From Candidatus Zhuqueibacterota bacterium (GTDB taxonomy: Bacteria > Zhuqueibacterota > Zhuqueibacteria > Residuimicrobiales > Krinioviventaceae), in assembly GCA_034521575.1 (NCBI GenBank), contig JAXHMJ010000002.1:1001089-1065088 (forward strand): 64,000 nt of DNA, written 5' to 3'. The notes under the pieces are model-generated. The model ran no database searches. It had not been told where the DNA came from and saw nothing but the letters and a program-made list of their open reading frames with translations. This document shows positions 20,877-31,300 of the stretch, piece by piece. Every line of letters starts with the position of its first letter. Positions within the stretch are counted from its first letter, which is position 1. The translations under genes were made by a program, and so were the position numbers.

Positions 20877-21140
20877 AGCTCCTCACCAACTAAAAGTTGT
20901 TTTATGACTGACCGTCAGTCATTTTATATCTAAAAGGTACCGATATATTTTTTTTTCTGCAAGCTTTATTTTGCATTTTTCATATTTTTTTATTTTATTT
21001 TATCTGTGTTTAAAAATCCTTTAATGTTCCACAATGTGCCGGACCTGACAGGCTCAACGCAAAATCAAAAGTACAATTAAATGTCCGCCACTTTAATGCT
21101 TTGTCAGTAGATTACTATCGTAGATTATCAAGGAAATCAT

Positions 21141-21968
21141 ATGAACAAAACGCTTCACTCTTTACTTTTGTGGATATTGGCCCTGGTTGTTACTCTGGGT
21201 TCTGCTGTTTTCCAGAGGATGACCGGTCCCTCCTATCCCATCTCGGGCAAAACCGAACTTGCCGGTTCGCCGGTTGTCTATGAGCTTCCCCGTACACATG
21301 GCGGTGTGGGAGGAGAATTTATCCAGATTATTGTCCCGGATACCAACATCATCGGAAAGCTCGTCTACCGACGCTATCCCACAAACGATGAATGGACTGC
21401 AGTGCGTCTAACCCGTTACGGAGACACCCTGCAGGGCATTATTCCACATCAGCCGCCGGCAGGCAAAGTTGAATACCATATTGAATTGAAAAAAGCAGAT
21501 GCCGAGATCACGCTGCCTTTTTCCGAAAATGCCGTCATCCGATTCCGCGGCCGGGTTCCAGCCTGGGCGTTGCTTCCCCATATCCTGGCCATGTTTGTGT
21601 TTATGCTGCTTTCAACACGCACCGGTTTACAGGCTCTGCGCAAGCAGGCTCCGCTGAAAGGCTATTTATGGACAACATTCAGTCTGTTGATCGTGGGTGG
21701 TTTTATATTTGGTCCCATTGTACAGCACTTTGCATTCGGCGATTGGTGGGCTGGTTTTCCCCTGGGTTATGATCTCACAGATAACAAAACCTTGATCGCA
21801 CTTTTGGGATGGATTGCCGCAATTTTTGCGTTTCAGCGTTCAAAACATTACAAGGTTTATATCTGGATTGCAGCGCTGATCACCCTGGTCATTTTTTTAA
21901 TACCGCACAGCATGCAGGGTTCAGAACTGAATTATTCCGCACAAGAGCAGATAGAAGATATGCAATAA
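21141..21968 (+). CDS. Hypothetical membrane protein with a signal peptide, a soluble N-terminal domain and four C-terminal TM helices.
   Basis: The 275-aa ORF has coding-like composition and is followed by a strong intrinsic terminator. Confidence 0.55.
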   Translation: MNKTLHSLLLWILALVVTLGSAVFQRMTGPSYPISGKTELAGSPVVYELPRTHGGVGGEFIQIIVPDTNIIGKLVYRRYPTNDEWTAVRLTRYGDTLQGIIPHQPPAGKVEYHIELKKADAEITLPFSENAVIRFRGRVPAWALLPHILAMFVFMLLSTRTGLQALRKQAPLKGYLWTTFSLLIVGGFIFGPIVQHFAFGDWWAGFPLGYDLTDNKTLIALLGWIAAIFAFQRSKHYKVYIWIAALITLVIFLIPHSMQGSELNYSAQEQIEDMQ

Positions 21969-21971
21969 ATA

Positions 21972-22003
21972 AACCCCGTTTATCGGGGTTTATTTCTTTT
22001 TCT
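21972..22003. terminator. Bidirectional rho-independent terminator.
   Basis: The stem AACCCCG tTTAt CGGGGTT is flanked by a T-run (TATTTCTTTTT) on the plus strand and an A-run (AATAAA) on the other side. It sits between two convergent genes. Confidence 0.7.
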
Positions 22004-22085
22004 TTGTATCTTTCTTCAGCCTGTTCTTTCCATACGTTCCTCGCCAAATCTTGCCGCGGCGTGAACGTTGATCACCTTTACCCAT
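21990..22085 (-). CDS. 30S ribosomal protein THX (31 aa).
   Basis: RBS GGAGGT lies 5 nt upstream of ATG 22085. The protein [31 protein letters not shown] matches the Thx consensus GKGD.R.RRGKI..G.YGK.R. The ORF track shows it only as the tail of an 81-aa ORF. Confidence 0.7.
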   Translation of the reverse strand: MGKGDQRSRRGKIWRGTYGKNRLKKDTKKKK

Positions 22086-22146
22086 AGATACCTCCATTTT
22101 GTTCTGTTTAAATATAAGGGTTTTCAATGGAATTTCAAATATTTTT

Positions 22147-23406
22147 TCAATTTTGCCAGAGCGAGCGGTCTCGAATCGCGTAAAGTTTGTCATTTCTGCG
22201 AAGCTTTTCAGAAAACGGTATGGTGACCCTATCACCTTTTACAGCCTTTTCCGCAGGTTCCCCGTCCACATACAGTGTTTCCGCCACAGTTTCCGCATAC
22301 CCTGTCGTGGGTCCGATGACCCCCACTTTTTCTCCTGAGAACAATTCATTATTCTCTATACAAAACTCACCAATATCGGATTTTTGATAGTAATTGCTCA
22401 CATAGCCGAGATACACTTTTTCACGGGTGGCTTTTGAGCCATAGGCTGCACTCCACTCTCCTAATGGGTGTCCCAAATAATAACCGCCATGCCAGAAGCC
22501 TCGATTAAAGACGCTTTCGAGTGACTGTATCCATTGCTCAACCCGTCTCGGGTTAAATTCGTCTTGTAAAACCGCATCAATAGCCTGACGATAGGCTTGC
22601 GTCACGGTGAAAACATAATCAGCAGCGCGCGCCCGTCCCTCTATTTTGAACACCGTTGCCCCGGATTCCATCAAACGATCCATATAGCCGATTGTACACA
22701 GATCTTTGGGAGACATGACAAATTTGTTCTCGATGTCCAGTTCTTCTCCGGTAGACTCGTCGATTACCCGATACCGCCGTCTGCAAGTCTGCAGACATAA
22801 CCCGCGATTGGCCGATTGATTGGTGGCGGCCAGGCTCATATAGCACTTTCCGGCAATGGACACGCACAAGGCGCCATGAACAAACAACTCTATACTGACA
22901 AGATTACCGTCCGGTCCGGTGATTTGTTCTTTTTCAATGCGCCAGCATATGTGATTAATTTGCTGCAATGTCAGCTCTCTGGCCAACACCATAACCGTGG
23001 CAAACTGAGCATAGTGCTTTACAGCTTCGATGTTGCTGATATTGGCCTGAGTTGACAGATGTACCTGCAGGCCGATTTGAGAGGCATACCGGACAACTGA
23101 CAGATCAGTCGCGATGACCGCTGTAATCCCGGCCTCCAAAGCAGCATCACATATCTCTCGCACCTGCTTTAATTCATCGTCATAAATAATGGTGTTCAAT
23201 GCAAGATAACTGCGTACATTAGCATGACGGCACATTTCTGCGACGTTATGCATGTCTGCCCGTTTGAATGTGCGGGATGCTCTGGCCCGCATGTTCAAAT
23301 TATCCACCCCGAAATAAACAGCATCCGCACCCGCCTGGATGGCTGCTTTCAGACTCGCTTCATTCCCGGCGGGCGCCATCAGTTCAAACTCTTTTGTGCT
23401 CTTCAT
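22147..23406 (-). CDS. Peptidase U32 family protein (collagenase-like, RlhA/YegQ-type).
   Basis: The protein is 419 aa. Conserved blocks include [25 protein letters not shown]...GKCYMS and VFKIEGR, plus the C-terminal U32 extension. Confidence 0.85.
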   Translation of the reverse strand: MKSTKEFELMAPAGNEASLKAAIQAGADAVYFGVDNLNMRARASRTFKRADMHNVAEMCRHANVRSYLALNTIIYDDELKQVREICDAALEAGITAVIATDLSVVRYASQIGLQVHLSTQANISNIEAVKHYAQFATVMVLARELTLQQINHICWRIEKEQITGPDGNLVSIELFVHGALCVSIAGKCYMSLAATNQSANRGLCLQTCRRRYRVIDESTGEELDIENKFVMSPKDLCTIGYMDRLMESGATVFKIEGRARAADYVFTVTQAYRQAIDAVLQDEFNPRRVEQWIQSLESVFNRGFWHGGYYLGHPLGEWSAAYGSKATREKVYLGYVSNYYQKSDIGEFCIENNELFSGEKVGVIGPTTGYAETVAETLYVDGEPAEKAVKGDRVTIPFSEKLRRNDKLYAIRDRSLWQN

Positions 23407-23445
23407 TGTTTTGTATCCGACAGACTCGGGTTGTACGCTAATGTC

Positions 23446-24177
23446 TTATTCAAGATTTCGTATTCTGATTTCCGTGTCACTGTTTTCCAGCATCTTTACA
23501 AGACTATCCGTGTCCGTATTTCCAAAATGATAAGGATAAAGAATACCGGGATTAATCACCTGTACAGTCTGGAAAACCATTTCCGGATCCATTGTATAGG
23601 GCAAGTTCATCGGTAGAAATGCAATATCGATTTTTTCCAGTTGCTGCATCTCGGGTATATTCTCTGTATCTCCGGCGATATAGATTATTTTATCAGCAAA
23701 GGTCAGCACATAACCGTTTCCATCTCCTTTGGGATGAAAAGGCTCACCGTTATCGCGTACATGCTTGATATTATAGGCCGGCAGCGCTTTAACGGGAATC
23801 CCCTGGACAGTCATTGTCTCACCGTTGTTCATAACCACCCCGATTTCCAGGTGTTCCCTGGCTTTCTCCGTCAGAATAATCCTGGTATTTTTTTTACTTA
23901 CCCGCTTGATTGCATCGGCATCCAAATGATCAAAATGATGGTGGGTAATCAAAACGAGATCAGCTTTGGGCAGTTTCCCATAGTCCGCATAGCGGCCTAC
24001 CGGATCTATATGAATAACCGTATCCCCGTATTCAAACATAAGCGTGCCATGTCCGATAAAGGTCATCACCAAATCCCGATCAGCCGTTCTTACTGTATCT
24101 TTCTCAAACGGTTCACCAGCCTGTGATGTGATAAAAGTTAAACAGACAATAGCCCAAAAACAAAGTAATCTGTTCAT
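23446..24177 (-). CDS. MBL-fold metallo-hydrolase, secreted.
   Basis: Signal peptide MNRLLCFWAIVCLTFITSQA. The HxHxDH motif is ITHHHFDHLD. The fold resembles the metal-dependent hydrolases of the beta-lactamase superfamily. Confidence 0.8.
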   Translation of the reverse strand: MNRLLCFWAIVCLTFITSQAGEPFEKDTVRTADRDLVMTFIGHGTLMFEYGDTVIHIDPVGRYADYGKLPKADLVLITHHHFDHLDADAIKRVSKKNTRIILTEKAREHLEIGVVMNNGETMTVQGIPVKALPAYNIKHVRDNGEPFHPKGDGNGYVLTFADKIIYIAGDTENIPEMQQLEKIDIAFLPMNLPYTMDPEMVFQTVQVINPGILYPYHFGNTDTDSLVKMLENSDTEIRIRNLE

Positions 24178-24320
24178 TTCTGATCCTTTCTGCCATTAGG
24201 CTGTTAATATACAAAATCATTTGTAGAAAATCACTTTATAAATACCGGCTATAGATGCACAAACAACCGTCACCAACAACTCCTGCCAACGTTTGTCTAT
24301 ACACGTAATCATTAACAATA

Positions 24321-24596
24321 TTATTCAAAAACCTGAAGCGCACGAGTGATTTTCATATCAAGATCCTGCATTGAATTTTCGAGATCCACCAATTCATATC
24401 TTTCCCATGTTAGACGATTATGCAAATCTTCAAGCTGGTTTTCAATGGTTTCTCGCTGCTGTTCAAGACGTTTTAGCTCCTGCTTTTGAAAGACGTTCTC
24501 CGACCTGTCTTGTTCAACCAATTCACGTAATGTGTTCAAACGTGCGTTTATATCTTCCATACGCTGGTACAAGCGTTGATAGGTTTGTTTGTTCAT
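24321..24596 (-). CDS. Small coiled-coil protein, hypothetical.
   Basis: RBS GGGAGA is followed by ATG 24596. The 91-aa protein is rich in heptad-like E/Q/L/R sequence (…LKRLEQQRETIENQLEDLHNRL…). Confidence 0.45.
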   Translation of the reverse strand: MNKQTYQRLYQRMEDINARLNTLRELVEQDRSENVFQKQELKRLEQQRETIENQLEDLHNRLTWERYELVDLENSMQDLDMKITRALQVFE

Positions 24597-24740
24597 AGGG
24601 TTTTCTCCCGTTTCATTTGCAAGTCTATATCTTTTCACACAGCAATACAGTTGACTCTGTTTGTGCATTTATTTGAAAGGGCAGTAAAAGACCCCGTATT
24701 ACGATAGTTGTCAAGCAACGAATCATAAATAGAACCTCCT

Positions 24741-26429
24741 TTAAAATTGTTCGGATCTCCAAATCCGCAAGAGCAATAACAGGCCCATCATACCAGCCAG
24801 AATATAACCGACGAGTCCGACAATAGAAACCCCCCAAACCACGGGGCCCATCCCGGTCCGAATAATCAAAGAAGAGCCGATAATTAGAGACGCAATAATA
24901 AGACTGAATGACAACCGGTTGCTTGATCTGCCGATCTCATTCATCAAATCAGTGAGTCCCTGGTGCTGCAACGTAACAGAAATGTTACCGCTGCTGGACT
25001 TGCGCATAATCTTTTTAAGAGTTCTCGGCACATCCAGCAGCACACCGGCATAATCCTGCGCGCTTTGCTTGGTTTGCTCAGCCCAGAACGACGGCCCCAT
25101 CTTTTTCCGAATAACAGAGTCGACGTAGGGTTCCGCGACTGTAAACAGATTAAAATTTTCATCCAGTTTGCGAGCCAGATATTCCATAAGAAGCAGGGCT
25201 TTCCCCACCAGATAAAGATTACGGGGTAACTGTATATTGTGTGTTTTAATCAGGTTGACCAGATCATAAAATAAATGTTCAAATAAAAGCTGATTTGCCG
25301 GGACACCGTAATAACGATCCAGAAAATTATAGACATCAATCCGCATCGCATTTTCATTCACATCTGTGTCCAGACGATTCAGTCGGATCAACACCTGACT
25401 GACGGTATCACTGTCCCTGTTGACAATTCCCATCAGCAGCTCTCCCCCCAGCATAACCATGGACTGATCCAATCGCCCGACGAGGCCAAAATCAATGGGC
25501 ACAATTTTCCCATCAAACGTTACAAAGATATTGCCGGGATGCGGGTCACCATGAAAAAAGCGGTGTTCAAATATTTGCCTGAGAGCTGCGATGGTTCCAT
25601 TGTTGGCAATGATACCCGGGTCCAGTCCCGCTTTTTTCAATGACTCGACATGATCAATGCGAATGCCCTCCACAAACGTCATTGTAATCACTTTACCGCT
25701 TGTATACTGCCAGAACACCTCCGGAACATATAGAGTATTATCATTTTTAAAGTTTTCCCCAAAGCGGTACATATTCCGGGCTTCCTGCTTGAAATCCAGC
25801 TCATCCTGAATCCAGCTTTCAAATTCACTGACAAGCTCTGACGGGTGAATGAACATCCGGTTTGGAACGTGTTTGACCGTCCAGTCTGCCAGATCTTTCA
25901 GGATTTCAATATCCTGTTTTATTTGTTTTTGTATATCCGGCCGCTGCACTTTGATGACAACAACCTGTCCGTCATGCGTACGCGCCTTGTGCACCTGGGC
26001 CAAAGAAGCGGCCGCTCGCGGATCATTTTCAAACTCTGCAAAAATATCATTTAAAGATAATCCCAGTTCCTTTTCAATGATTTGCACACATTGTACACCT
26101 GAAAAGGGCTCTACCTCATCCTGCAGTTTCTGCAATTCTTCAATGACATGTACCGGTAACAGATCAAAGCGGGTACTGAGCATCTGCCCGAATTTAATAA
26201 AAGTCGGACCCATTTCCTGCAAAGCCAGCCGGATTCGCTGCGCTGAAGACCGGTGCATTTGTTTTTTCGATTCTTTGCGCAACAGAACCCGGCTCTTTTT
26301 ATACAAAAGCCGGGATATCTTGTAGCGATTCAGCGCATCTTCAAATCCATATTTGACAAGAATAGTGACAAGCTGCTGGTAACGACTAAAATGTCTGATC
26401 TTTTTTAATTTTGACAGCAATCGTTTCAT
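24741..26429 (-). CDS. ubiB: ABC1/UbiB-family atypical kinase.
   Basis: The protein is 562 aa. ABC1 signature blocks include FIKFGQMLSTRFDLLP, AAASLAQVHKA, IHPSELVSEFE and FFHGDPHPGNIFV, and there are two C-terminal TM helices. Confidence 0.8.
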   Translation of the reverse strand: MKRLLSKLKKIRHFSRYQQLVTILVKYGFEDALNRYKISRLLYKKSRVLLRKESKKQMHRSSAQRIRLALQEMGPTFIKFGQMLSTRFDLLPVHVIEELQKLQDEVEPFSGVQCVQIIEKELGLSLNDIFAEFENDPRAAASLAQVHKARTHDGQVVVIKVQRPDIQKQIKQDIEILKDLADWTVKHVPNRMFIHPSELVSEFESWIQDELDFKQEARNMYRFGENFKNDNTLYVPEVFWQYTSGKVITMTFVEGIRIDHVESLKKAGLDPGIIANNGTIAALRQIFEHRFFHGDPHPGNIFVTFDGKIVPIDFGLVGRLDQSMVMLGGELLMGIVNRDSDTVSQVLIRLNRLDTDVNENAMRIDVYNFLDRYYGVPANQLLFEHLFYDLVNLIKTHNIQLPRNLYLVGKALLLMEYLARKLDENFNLFTVAEPYVDSVIRKKMGPSFWAEQTKQSAQDYAGVLLDVPRTLKKIMRKSSSGNISVTLQHQGLTDLMNEIGRSSNRLSFSLIIASLIIGSSLIIRTGMGPVVWGVSIVGLVGYILAGMMGLLLLLRIWRSEQF

Positions 26430-26443
26430 ATATCCAACAGCCG

Positions 26444-26734
26444 TTATTTGTTTTCAAGAATTTGATCGAGCTTTTTATGAATTTCCTTGATATCGTCTTT
26501 TGTAGCAAGATCAAGTTTTTGCATGACCTCTTTCATATTGTCTTCTAGTTTCTGATTGAATTCCTGACATTCTTTTTGCGCTCTTTCCATGAGATCATCA
26601 ACCGCTTTTGAACGCTCTTCCTTGGAAATCTGGCCTTTTTCGATCATTTCATCAATCAGAGACTGTGCACGTTCTTTGGTGACAGCATAAGCGCCAAACC
26701 CAAAATCGACAACCTTGTTCATCCAATCTGACAT
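26444..26734 (-). CDS. Phasin-family (PHA-granule-associated-like) protein.
   Basis: RBS AAAGGAGGA is followed by ATG 26734. The protein MSDWMNKVVDFGFGAYAVTKERAQSLIDEMIEKGQISKEERSK... has the typical phasin N-terminus and helical repeat. It lies just upstream of ubiB. Confidence 0.6.
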   Translation of the reverse strand: MSDWMNKVVDFGFGAYAVTKERAQSLIDEMIEKGQISKEERSKAVDDLMERAQKECQEFNQKLEDNMKEVMQKLDLATKDDIKEIHKKLDQILENK

Positions 26735-26927
26735 AATTCCTCCTTTAATTGTTTTCATTCAAATCCATTCTCAACGACAATAATTTCATCATATCCTTCA
26801 ACGCAATAATTCCCTGTAATTTGCCTTCACGGATTACCATAATGAATACGTTTACCAAACATCAGGCCCTCAATATCTGTTAAGCATTTGAATTATAGAG
26901 TACAAGGGTCTATAGCAGCACACCGTT

Positions 26928-27389
26928 TTATTCCTGTTCAGCGCGTGTAACCAGCACAGGGCAGGATGAATGACGAATAATACCTTCAGCGACTGATCCC
27001 ATCACCAACCGCTTTAATCCGGTTCTTCCGTGCGTCGGTACAATGATAAGATCAATGTTCTGATCCTCTGCAAACCGCGAAATTTCATCCACAGGTGAAC
27101 CTGTGAGAACAGTTTTTTTAACCGTTATATTTTCAGAAAAATGTTCTTCCGCCATTTTCTGCAGAGATTCCCTGGCATTGTTATGAATTTCCATATCCAG
27201 CTGCTCGGTATTCATTGAAGACGTATCGATCATACCGGGATACCCCTCATTCACAGGGACAGGCACCACTACATTAACCAGATAAACAGTAGATCCAAAT
27301 AATTCCGCAAGTTTATTAACGGTCTCGGTTGATTTGATAGAAGATTTGCTAAAATCTGTAGGGCATAAAATATTTTTAACAGGTAACAT
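26928..27389 (-). CDS. Universal stress protein (UspA family).
   Basis: The 153-aa protein has the blocks ILCPTDFS... and PTHGRTGLKRLVMGSVAEGIIRHSSCPVLV. Confidence 0.85.
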   Translation of the reverse strand: MLPVKNILCPTDFSKSSIKSTETVNKLAELFGSTVYLVNVVVPVPVNEGYPGMIDTSSMNTEQLDMEIHNNARESLQKMAEEHFSENITVKKTVLTGSPVDEISRFAEDQNIDLIIVPTHGRTGLKRLVMGSVAEGIIRHSSCPVLVTRAEQE

Positions 27390-27553
27390 GATAAACCTCC
27401 GCTTTTATAAACCGCTCTTTACTTATATAAACAATAAATCAGCCTGTCAAATTCGATAAAAATATATAACAAACCGAATCCAATTTCAATCGGGGATTTC
27501 CTGAGTTTCAAATCAATTTTTCCTGGTTTTTTATCAATGACCGAGCGTTTTTG

Positions 27554-28201
27554 TCATAAACTGACCAGCCCCTCCCGGATGGCATATTTCACCAGATCCG
27601 GTATATTGTATATTTTTAATTTATTCATCAAATTTTGACGATGTGTCTCTATGGTTTTAACAGAAACGTATAATTTTGCGGCAATTTCTTTTGTATTGCC
27701 GCCCTCAGCGATTAACTGCAGGACTTCTCTTTCCCGTTCCGTGAGCACATCAAATGCGCTTGTATGCTGACTGTTCAGAATATCACGAAAGTGCTGGACC
27801 ACTGTTCCTGTAATACGGGAACTCAGGTAGGTATCCCCATGGATTACAGTTGTGATGGCCTCTTCCAACTCGTCTACAGCACAATCTTTCAGCAAATAAC
27901 CGCTTGCTCCTGCTTGTAACATCCCTGCAATAAACTGTTTGTCCGAATGTACAGACAAAGCAATAATTTTTATTTCCCCTTCTTTTTCCAGAATTTGGCG
28001 TGTAGCCTCCATCCCGTTCATGCCCGGCATACTGATATCCATAACAATGACATCCGGTTTCAATTCTTCTGCCTTTGTCAAGGCTTCTCTGCCGTCAGAT
28101 GCTTCAGCAATGATGTCAAACTGTTTATTTTCGCTTAAAAGAGACCGTAATCCACTTCTCAGGATCTCGTGATCATCAGCGATCAGTATTGATATCGGCA
28201 T
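27554..28201 (-). CDS. Two-component response regulator of the NarL/LuxR family (REC plus HTH_LuxR).
   Basis: The N-terminus ILIADDHEILRSGLRSLL...DVIVMDISMPGMNG has a conserved Asp. The C-terminus LTEREREVLQLIAEGGNTKEIAAKLYVSVKTIETHRQNLMNKL is a LuxR-type HTH. Confidence 0.9.
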   Translation of the reverse strand: MPISILIADDHEILRSGLRSLLSENKQFDIIAEASDGREALTKAEELKPDVIVMDISMPGMNGMEATRQILEKEGEIKIIALSVHSDKQFIAGMLQAGASGYLLKDCAVDELEEAITTVIHGDTYLSSRITGTVVQHFRDILNSQHTSAFDVLTEREREVLQLIAEGGNTKEIAAKLYVSVKTIETHRQNLMNKLKIYNIPDLVKYAIREGLVSL

Positions 28202-28231
28202 TTTTCCCTCACATGATAGTGCTAACTCTTT

Positions 28232-30079
28232 TTATTGTACACTCGTGGGAACTGATAATGTGACAACTGTGCCTTTGTCAGGTTCAGAGTTTATATCCAC
28301 AGAGCCATCCAGATATGCCATTCGATCTTTGATATTAAACAAGCCGAAACCTCCGGATTCATGCTGTTCCAATTGATCCGGGTTAAAACCCACCCCGTTA
28401 TCACGGATGATTATAATGATTTTACCCTTTTTTTGTTCCAATGAGATTTTTACGTTTTCAGCCTGAGCATGTTTGACAATATTATTGCACAACTCGCGTA
28501 CAGACTGAAACAATACATTTCGAACATCTTCGTGCAGGGATGGAATTTCATTTCGGGCATCGACAATGATGTCCAAATCATATCGATCCGAAAACTCTCC
28601 GGCAAGCCATTCAATGGCGGCTGCAAGTCCCATTTCATACAACACCGGAGGGCTGAGTTCAAAGGTAAGTGTACGTGTTTGATCAATGCTTTCATCGAGG
28701 ATTTCATATATTTGATCAATGTCGGCGTAGGATTCATCATTTGCAAATTTTTTACGCAAAATGCCGGTTTTAATTTTGGCAAGAGCCAAAATTTGTACAA
28801 TTCGATCATGCAGACCGGTCGCGATACGACGTCGTTCCTTTTCTTCAACATGCATCAAATGCATTCCCAGTTTGCGCAGCTGCTGCTGATAGCGCTTGCG
28901 CCGGAACACTTCTTTTTGTAAATCCAGATTGCGTTCCTGGATTTCCATGGTCCTTTCCATCACGCGTTGTTCCAGAGTTTCTTTGGCTTGTACGAGTTCC
29001 TGTTCTTTTTCAATCCAGCCTGTAATATCCCGGGCAATGGATGTTATAACCGATATACGTCCGCGATCATCAAAGATAGGCGAAAAAGTGATGGAAACAT
29101 AAATGTGCGTGCCGTCTTTGCGACACCGAATGGTCTCGTATCCGTCTATTTTCTTGCCACCACAAATAGATAAATAAAGTTCATCGATTGATTGATGCTG
29201 TGATTCAGGTATAATCTTTTTGATGGACTCTCCCAGCATTTCAGGTTCGGAATAACCGTAAATCTGCTGGGCACCGTCATTCCAGCTTTTGATGATCCCG
29301 TCCGGACTCTGGATAATAACCGCATCCCCCGACCGATTGACCAATTCCACCAGTAGCTGCTGTGCGTCCCGATAATTTTTCGGTTCAGTGATATCATATA
29401 CAATTCCGTACATCTTTTTTACATTATGATGCTCATCCCTGACCCAGTCACCGGCTTCATGCATCCATCGAACAGCTCCGTCAGGTTTGACTATTCGATG
29501 TTCCACCTGATAGCGCGTTTTATTTTTTACACTGGATTTCAGTGCATCCAAAAGAACAAATCGATCTTTTTCATGCACGTTTTTAAGAAAGGTTCGGAAA
29601 TTAACATCCGACTGGCGTTCCTGAAATCCAAACATCTCACTCACGGTCTCTGACCAAGTAATATGTCCGGTTTCGATATCCCAGGTCCATGTGCCGATTT
29701 TGCCGGCTTTGAGCGCTTTTGCAAACGGTTCTTCAAACCGGGGTCTTTCGAGCATGACCAAACCAATAGACCCCGGGGAGGGTGAATAAATATTGCAATG
29801 ATATTCCTTCTGGGTTTCTTTATTCAAGTAAATAAAATTATCCTGTTCTCCTTCCCCCAAACGCTCAATAAAAGCATATATATTTTCCGCAATATCCGGC
29901 AACAATTTGGAAAGCGGCTTGCCGGCACAGTCTTTCTGATCAACCGTCTTTTCAAATGCCGGGTTGCAGATATCCACGATGCATTCATTCTTTGTTTCCG
30001 TGTCAGGATCAATATACAGCCACACAACTGCACACGGAAAGGTATCTAAAAAGTTTTTATATTCAATATAATTGGACAT
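28232..30079 (-). CDS. PAS-domain sensor histidine kinase of the HisKA_3/NarX-LiaS type.
   Basis: The protein is 615 aa. It has two PAS-like segments, a coiled coil, an H-box (RRRIATGLHDRIVQILA) and an HATPase_c region (IIIIRDNGVGF...GGFGLFNIKDR). Confidence 0.9.
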   Translation of the reverse strand: MSNYIEYKNFLDTFPCAVVWLYIDPDTETKNECIVDICNPAFEKTVDQKDCAGKPLSKLLPDIAENIYAFIERLGEGEQDNFIYLNKETQKEYHCNIYSPSPGSIGLVMLERPRFEEPFAKALKAGKIGTWTWDIETGHITWSETVSEMFGFQERQSDVNFRTFLKNVHEKDRFVLLDALKSSVKNKTRYQVEHRIVKPDGAVRWMHEAGDWVRDEHHNVKKMYGIVYDITEPKNYRDAQQLLVELVNRSGDAVIIQSPDGIIKSWNDGAQQIYGYSEPEMLGESIKKIIPESQHQSIDELYLSICGGKKIDGYETIRCRKDGTHIYVSITFSPIFDDRGRISVITSIARDITGWIEKEQELVQAKETLEQRVMERTMEIQERNLDLQKEVFRRKRYQQQLRKLGMHLMHVEEKERRRIATGLHDRIVQILALAKIKTGILRKKFANDESYADIDQIYEILDESIDQTRTLTFELSPPVLYEMGLAAAIEWLAGEFSDRYDLDIIVDARNEIPSLHEDVRNVLFQSVRELCNNIVKHAQAENVKISLEQKKGKIIIIIRDNGVGFNPDQLEQHESGGFGLFNIKDRMAYLDGSVDINSEPDKGTVVTLSVPTSVQ

Positions 30080-30134
30080 TGAGTAGTCTTTAGGTATGAA
30101 TCATTACCTTTTAGTATAAACCAGTAACGTCCGG

Positions 30135-30920
30135 TTAGGTTTTTGCACGTAAGTAATTTCGTCGATTTTTTCTATGAGATTTTCTACGATTTTTCTTGTC
30201 GGAATCTCGCACTTCATTTTGAATTTGAATACGGAGTTCTCGCACTCTTTCGATGTTAACTTTTTCGTTATAATTTTCATGACAATAGATTGCCAGCAGC
30301 AAATATGTAATGAGGCCGCCGAGAATTTGAACCATAAGTCCGTACTGACTTCGAGCTATGAGATGATAGACTTTGAGATGGCGTTTCCACCAAGCGAAGA
30401 AATTTTCAATTTCCCAACGAAGTTTGTATGCCTGAGCAACATCTTCTGCAGAGAGGTCATAACGATTTGTCGCGATCCAGTATTTTACATTGCCGATTTT
30501 ATAACCGACAAGTCGTATCGACTTTTTTGTTTGATTGGTGCCCGGCGTCCCCAATAAAACTATAGCATCATAAAAAACAATGCTTTCTGGTTTTATGTCA
30601 TGTGCATAAAGACATATTTTTTTCGTCGATGCTTTGATGCGGCAGAAAAATTGACGACCGTCCTCCTGCCATTGGTCAAAGCGTTTATGGCATTGATAGC
30701 CCCGATCAAGAACGCCGGACTGGTCAGAAGAGAGTATTTGATCGACAAATGGTCGTTCACCGGCTAAACCGCCTGTGAGATATAGTTTTTTTGGAATGGA
30801 CCGATTAATATCAAAACCGAGATGAACTTTTGCCTTTTTAGAGCCGTTTCTATAATCAGCCCAAGTCATTGAAAGAACAGCATCAATCAAAGAACCGTCG
30901 ATGGCAACAAGCTCCCCCAA
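30135..30920 (-). CDS. IS4-family DDE transposase, C-terminal catalytic part (orfB). Its frame is open upstream to the A7 run at about 31034.
   Basis: The DDE_Tnp_1 region includes LVAIDGS, DRGY and WEIENFFAWWKRHLK. The stop lies inside the left inverted repeat. Confidence 0.8.
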   Translation of the reverse strand: MGELVAIDGSLIDAVLSMTWADYRNGSKKAKVHLGFDINRSIPKKLYLTGGLAGERPFVDQILSSDQSGVLDRGYQCHKRFDQWQEDGRQFFCRIKASTKKICLYAHDIKPESIVFYDAIVLLGTPGTNQTKKSIRLVGYKIGNVKYWIATNRYDLSAEDVAQAYKLRWEIENFFAWWKRHLKVYHLIARSQYGLMVQILGGLITYLLLAIYCHENYNEKVNIERVRELRIQIQNEVRDSDKKNRRKSHRKNRRNYLRAKT

Positions 30921-30982
30921 ATGTTCAAATTGCTTTGGGATAGTGGTCGCAGCTTTGGCTTGAAGTTCATTAAAAACAACAG

Positions 30983-31300
30983 CTAGTTGTTCGAGGCCGC
31001 GATTGTTGATAGCCTCAAAAAAGCTACTTTTTTTGATTCCATCTTTCGGGCAATATGCTCCCGAGCAAATGTATCTTCTTGAAGAACCTGGACAAGATGA
31101 GTCCCTGATTCATGCTCTTCAAGATGATAAAACACGAGGGCATTAAGTTGATCTTCAAATGTCATTTGCAGAGGTCGATCTCCTCGTGAAACTAATGGTG
31201 GTACCTTGGACAAGATAGCCTTGATCGGTTCCATTAGTCTTTTGAATGTTTTAGATTTTTGTCGAGGCTTAAACTTTTTGAATTTACGTCGCATTTCCAT
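30983..31300 (-). CDS. IS4-family transposase, N-terminal part (orfA, DUF4372-like).
   Basis: The 105-aa ORF ends 15 codons after an A7 run (plus-strand T7 at 31028-31034) that forms an A_AAA_AAA heptamer in frame 0. The -1 frame then continues without a stop into orfB. Confidence 0.75.
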   Translation of the reverse strand: MEMRRKFKKFKPRQKSKTFKRLMEPIKAILSKVPPLVSRGDRPLQMTFEDQLNALVFYHLEEHESGTHLVQVLQEDTFAREHIARKMESKKVAFLRLSTIAASNN

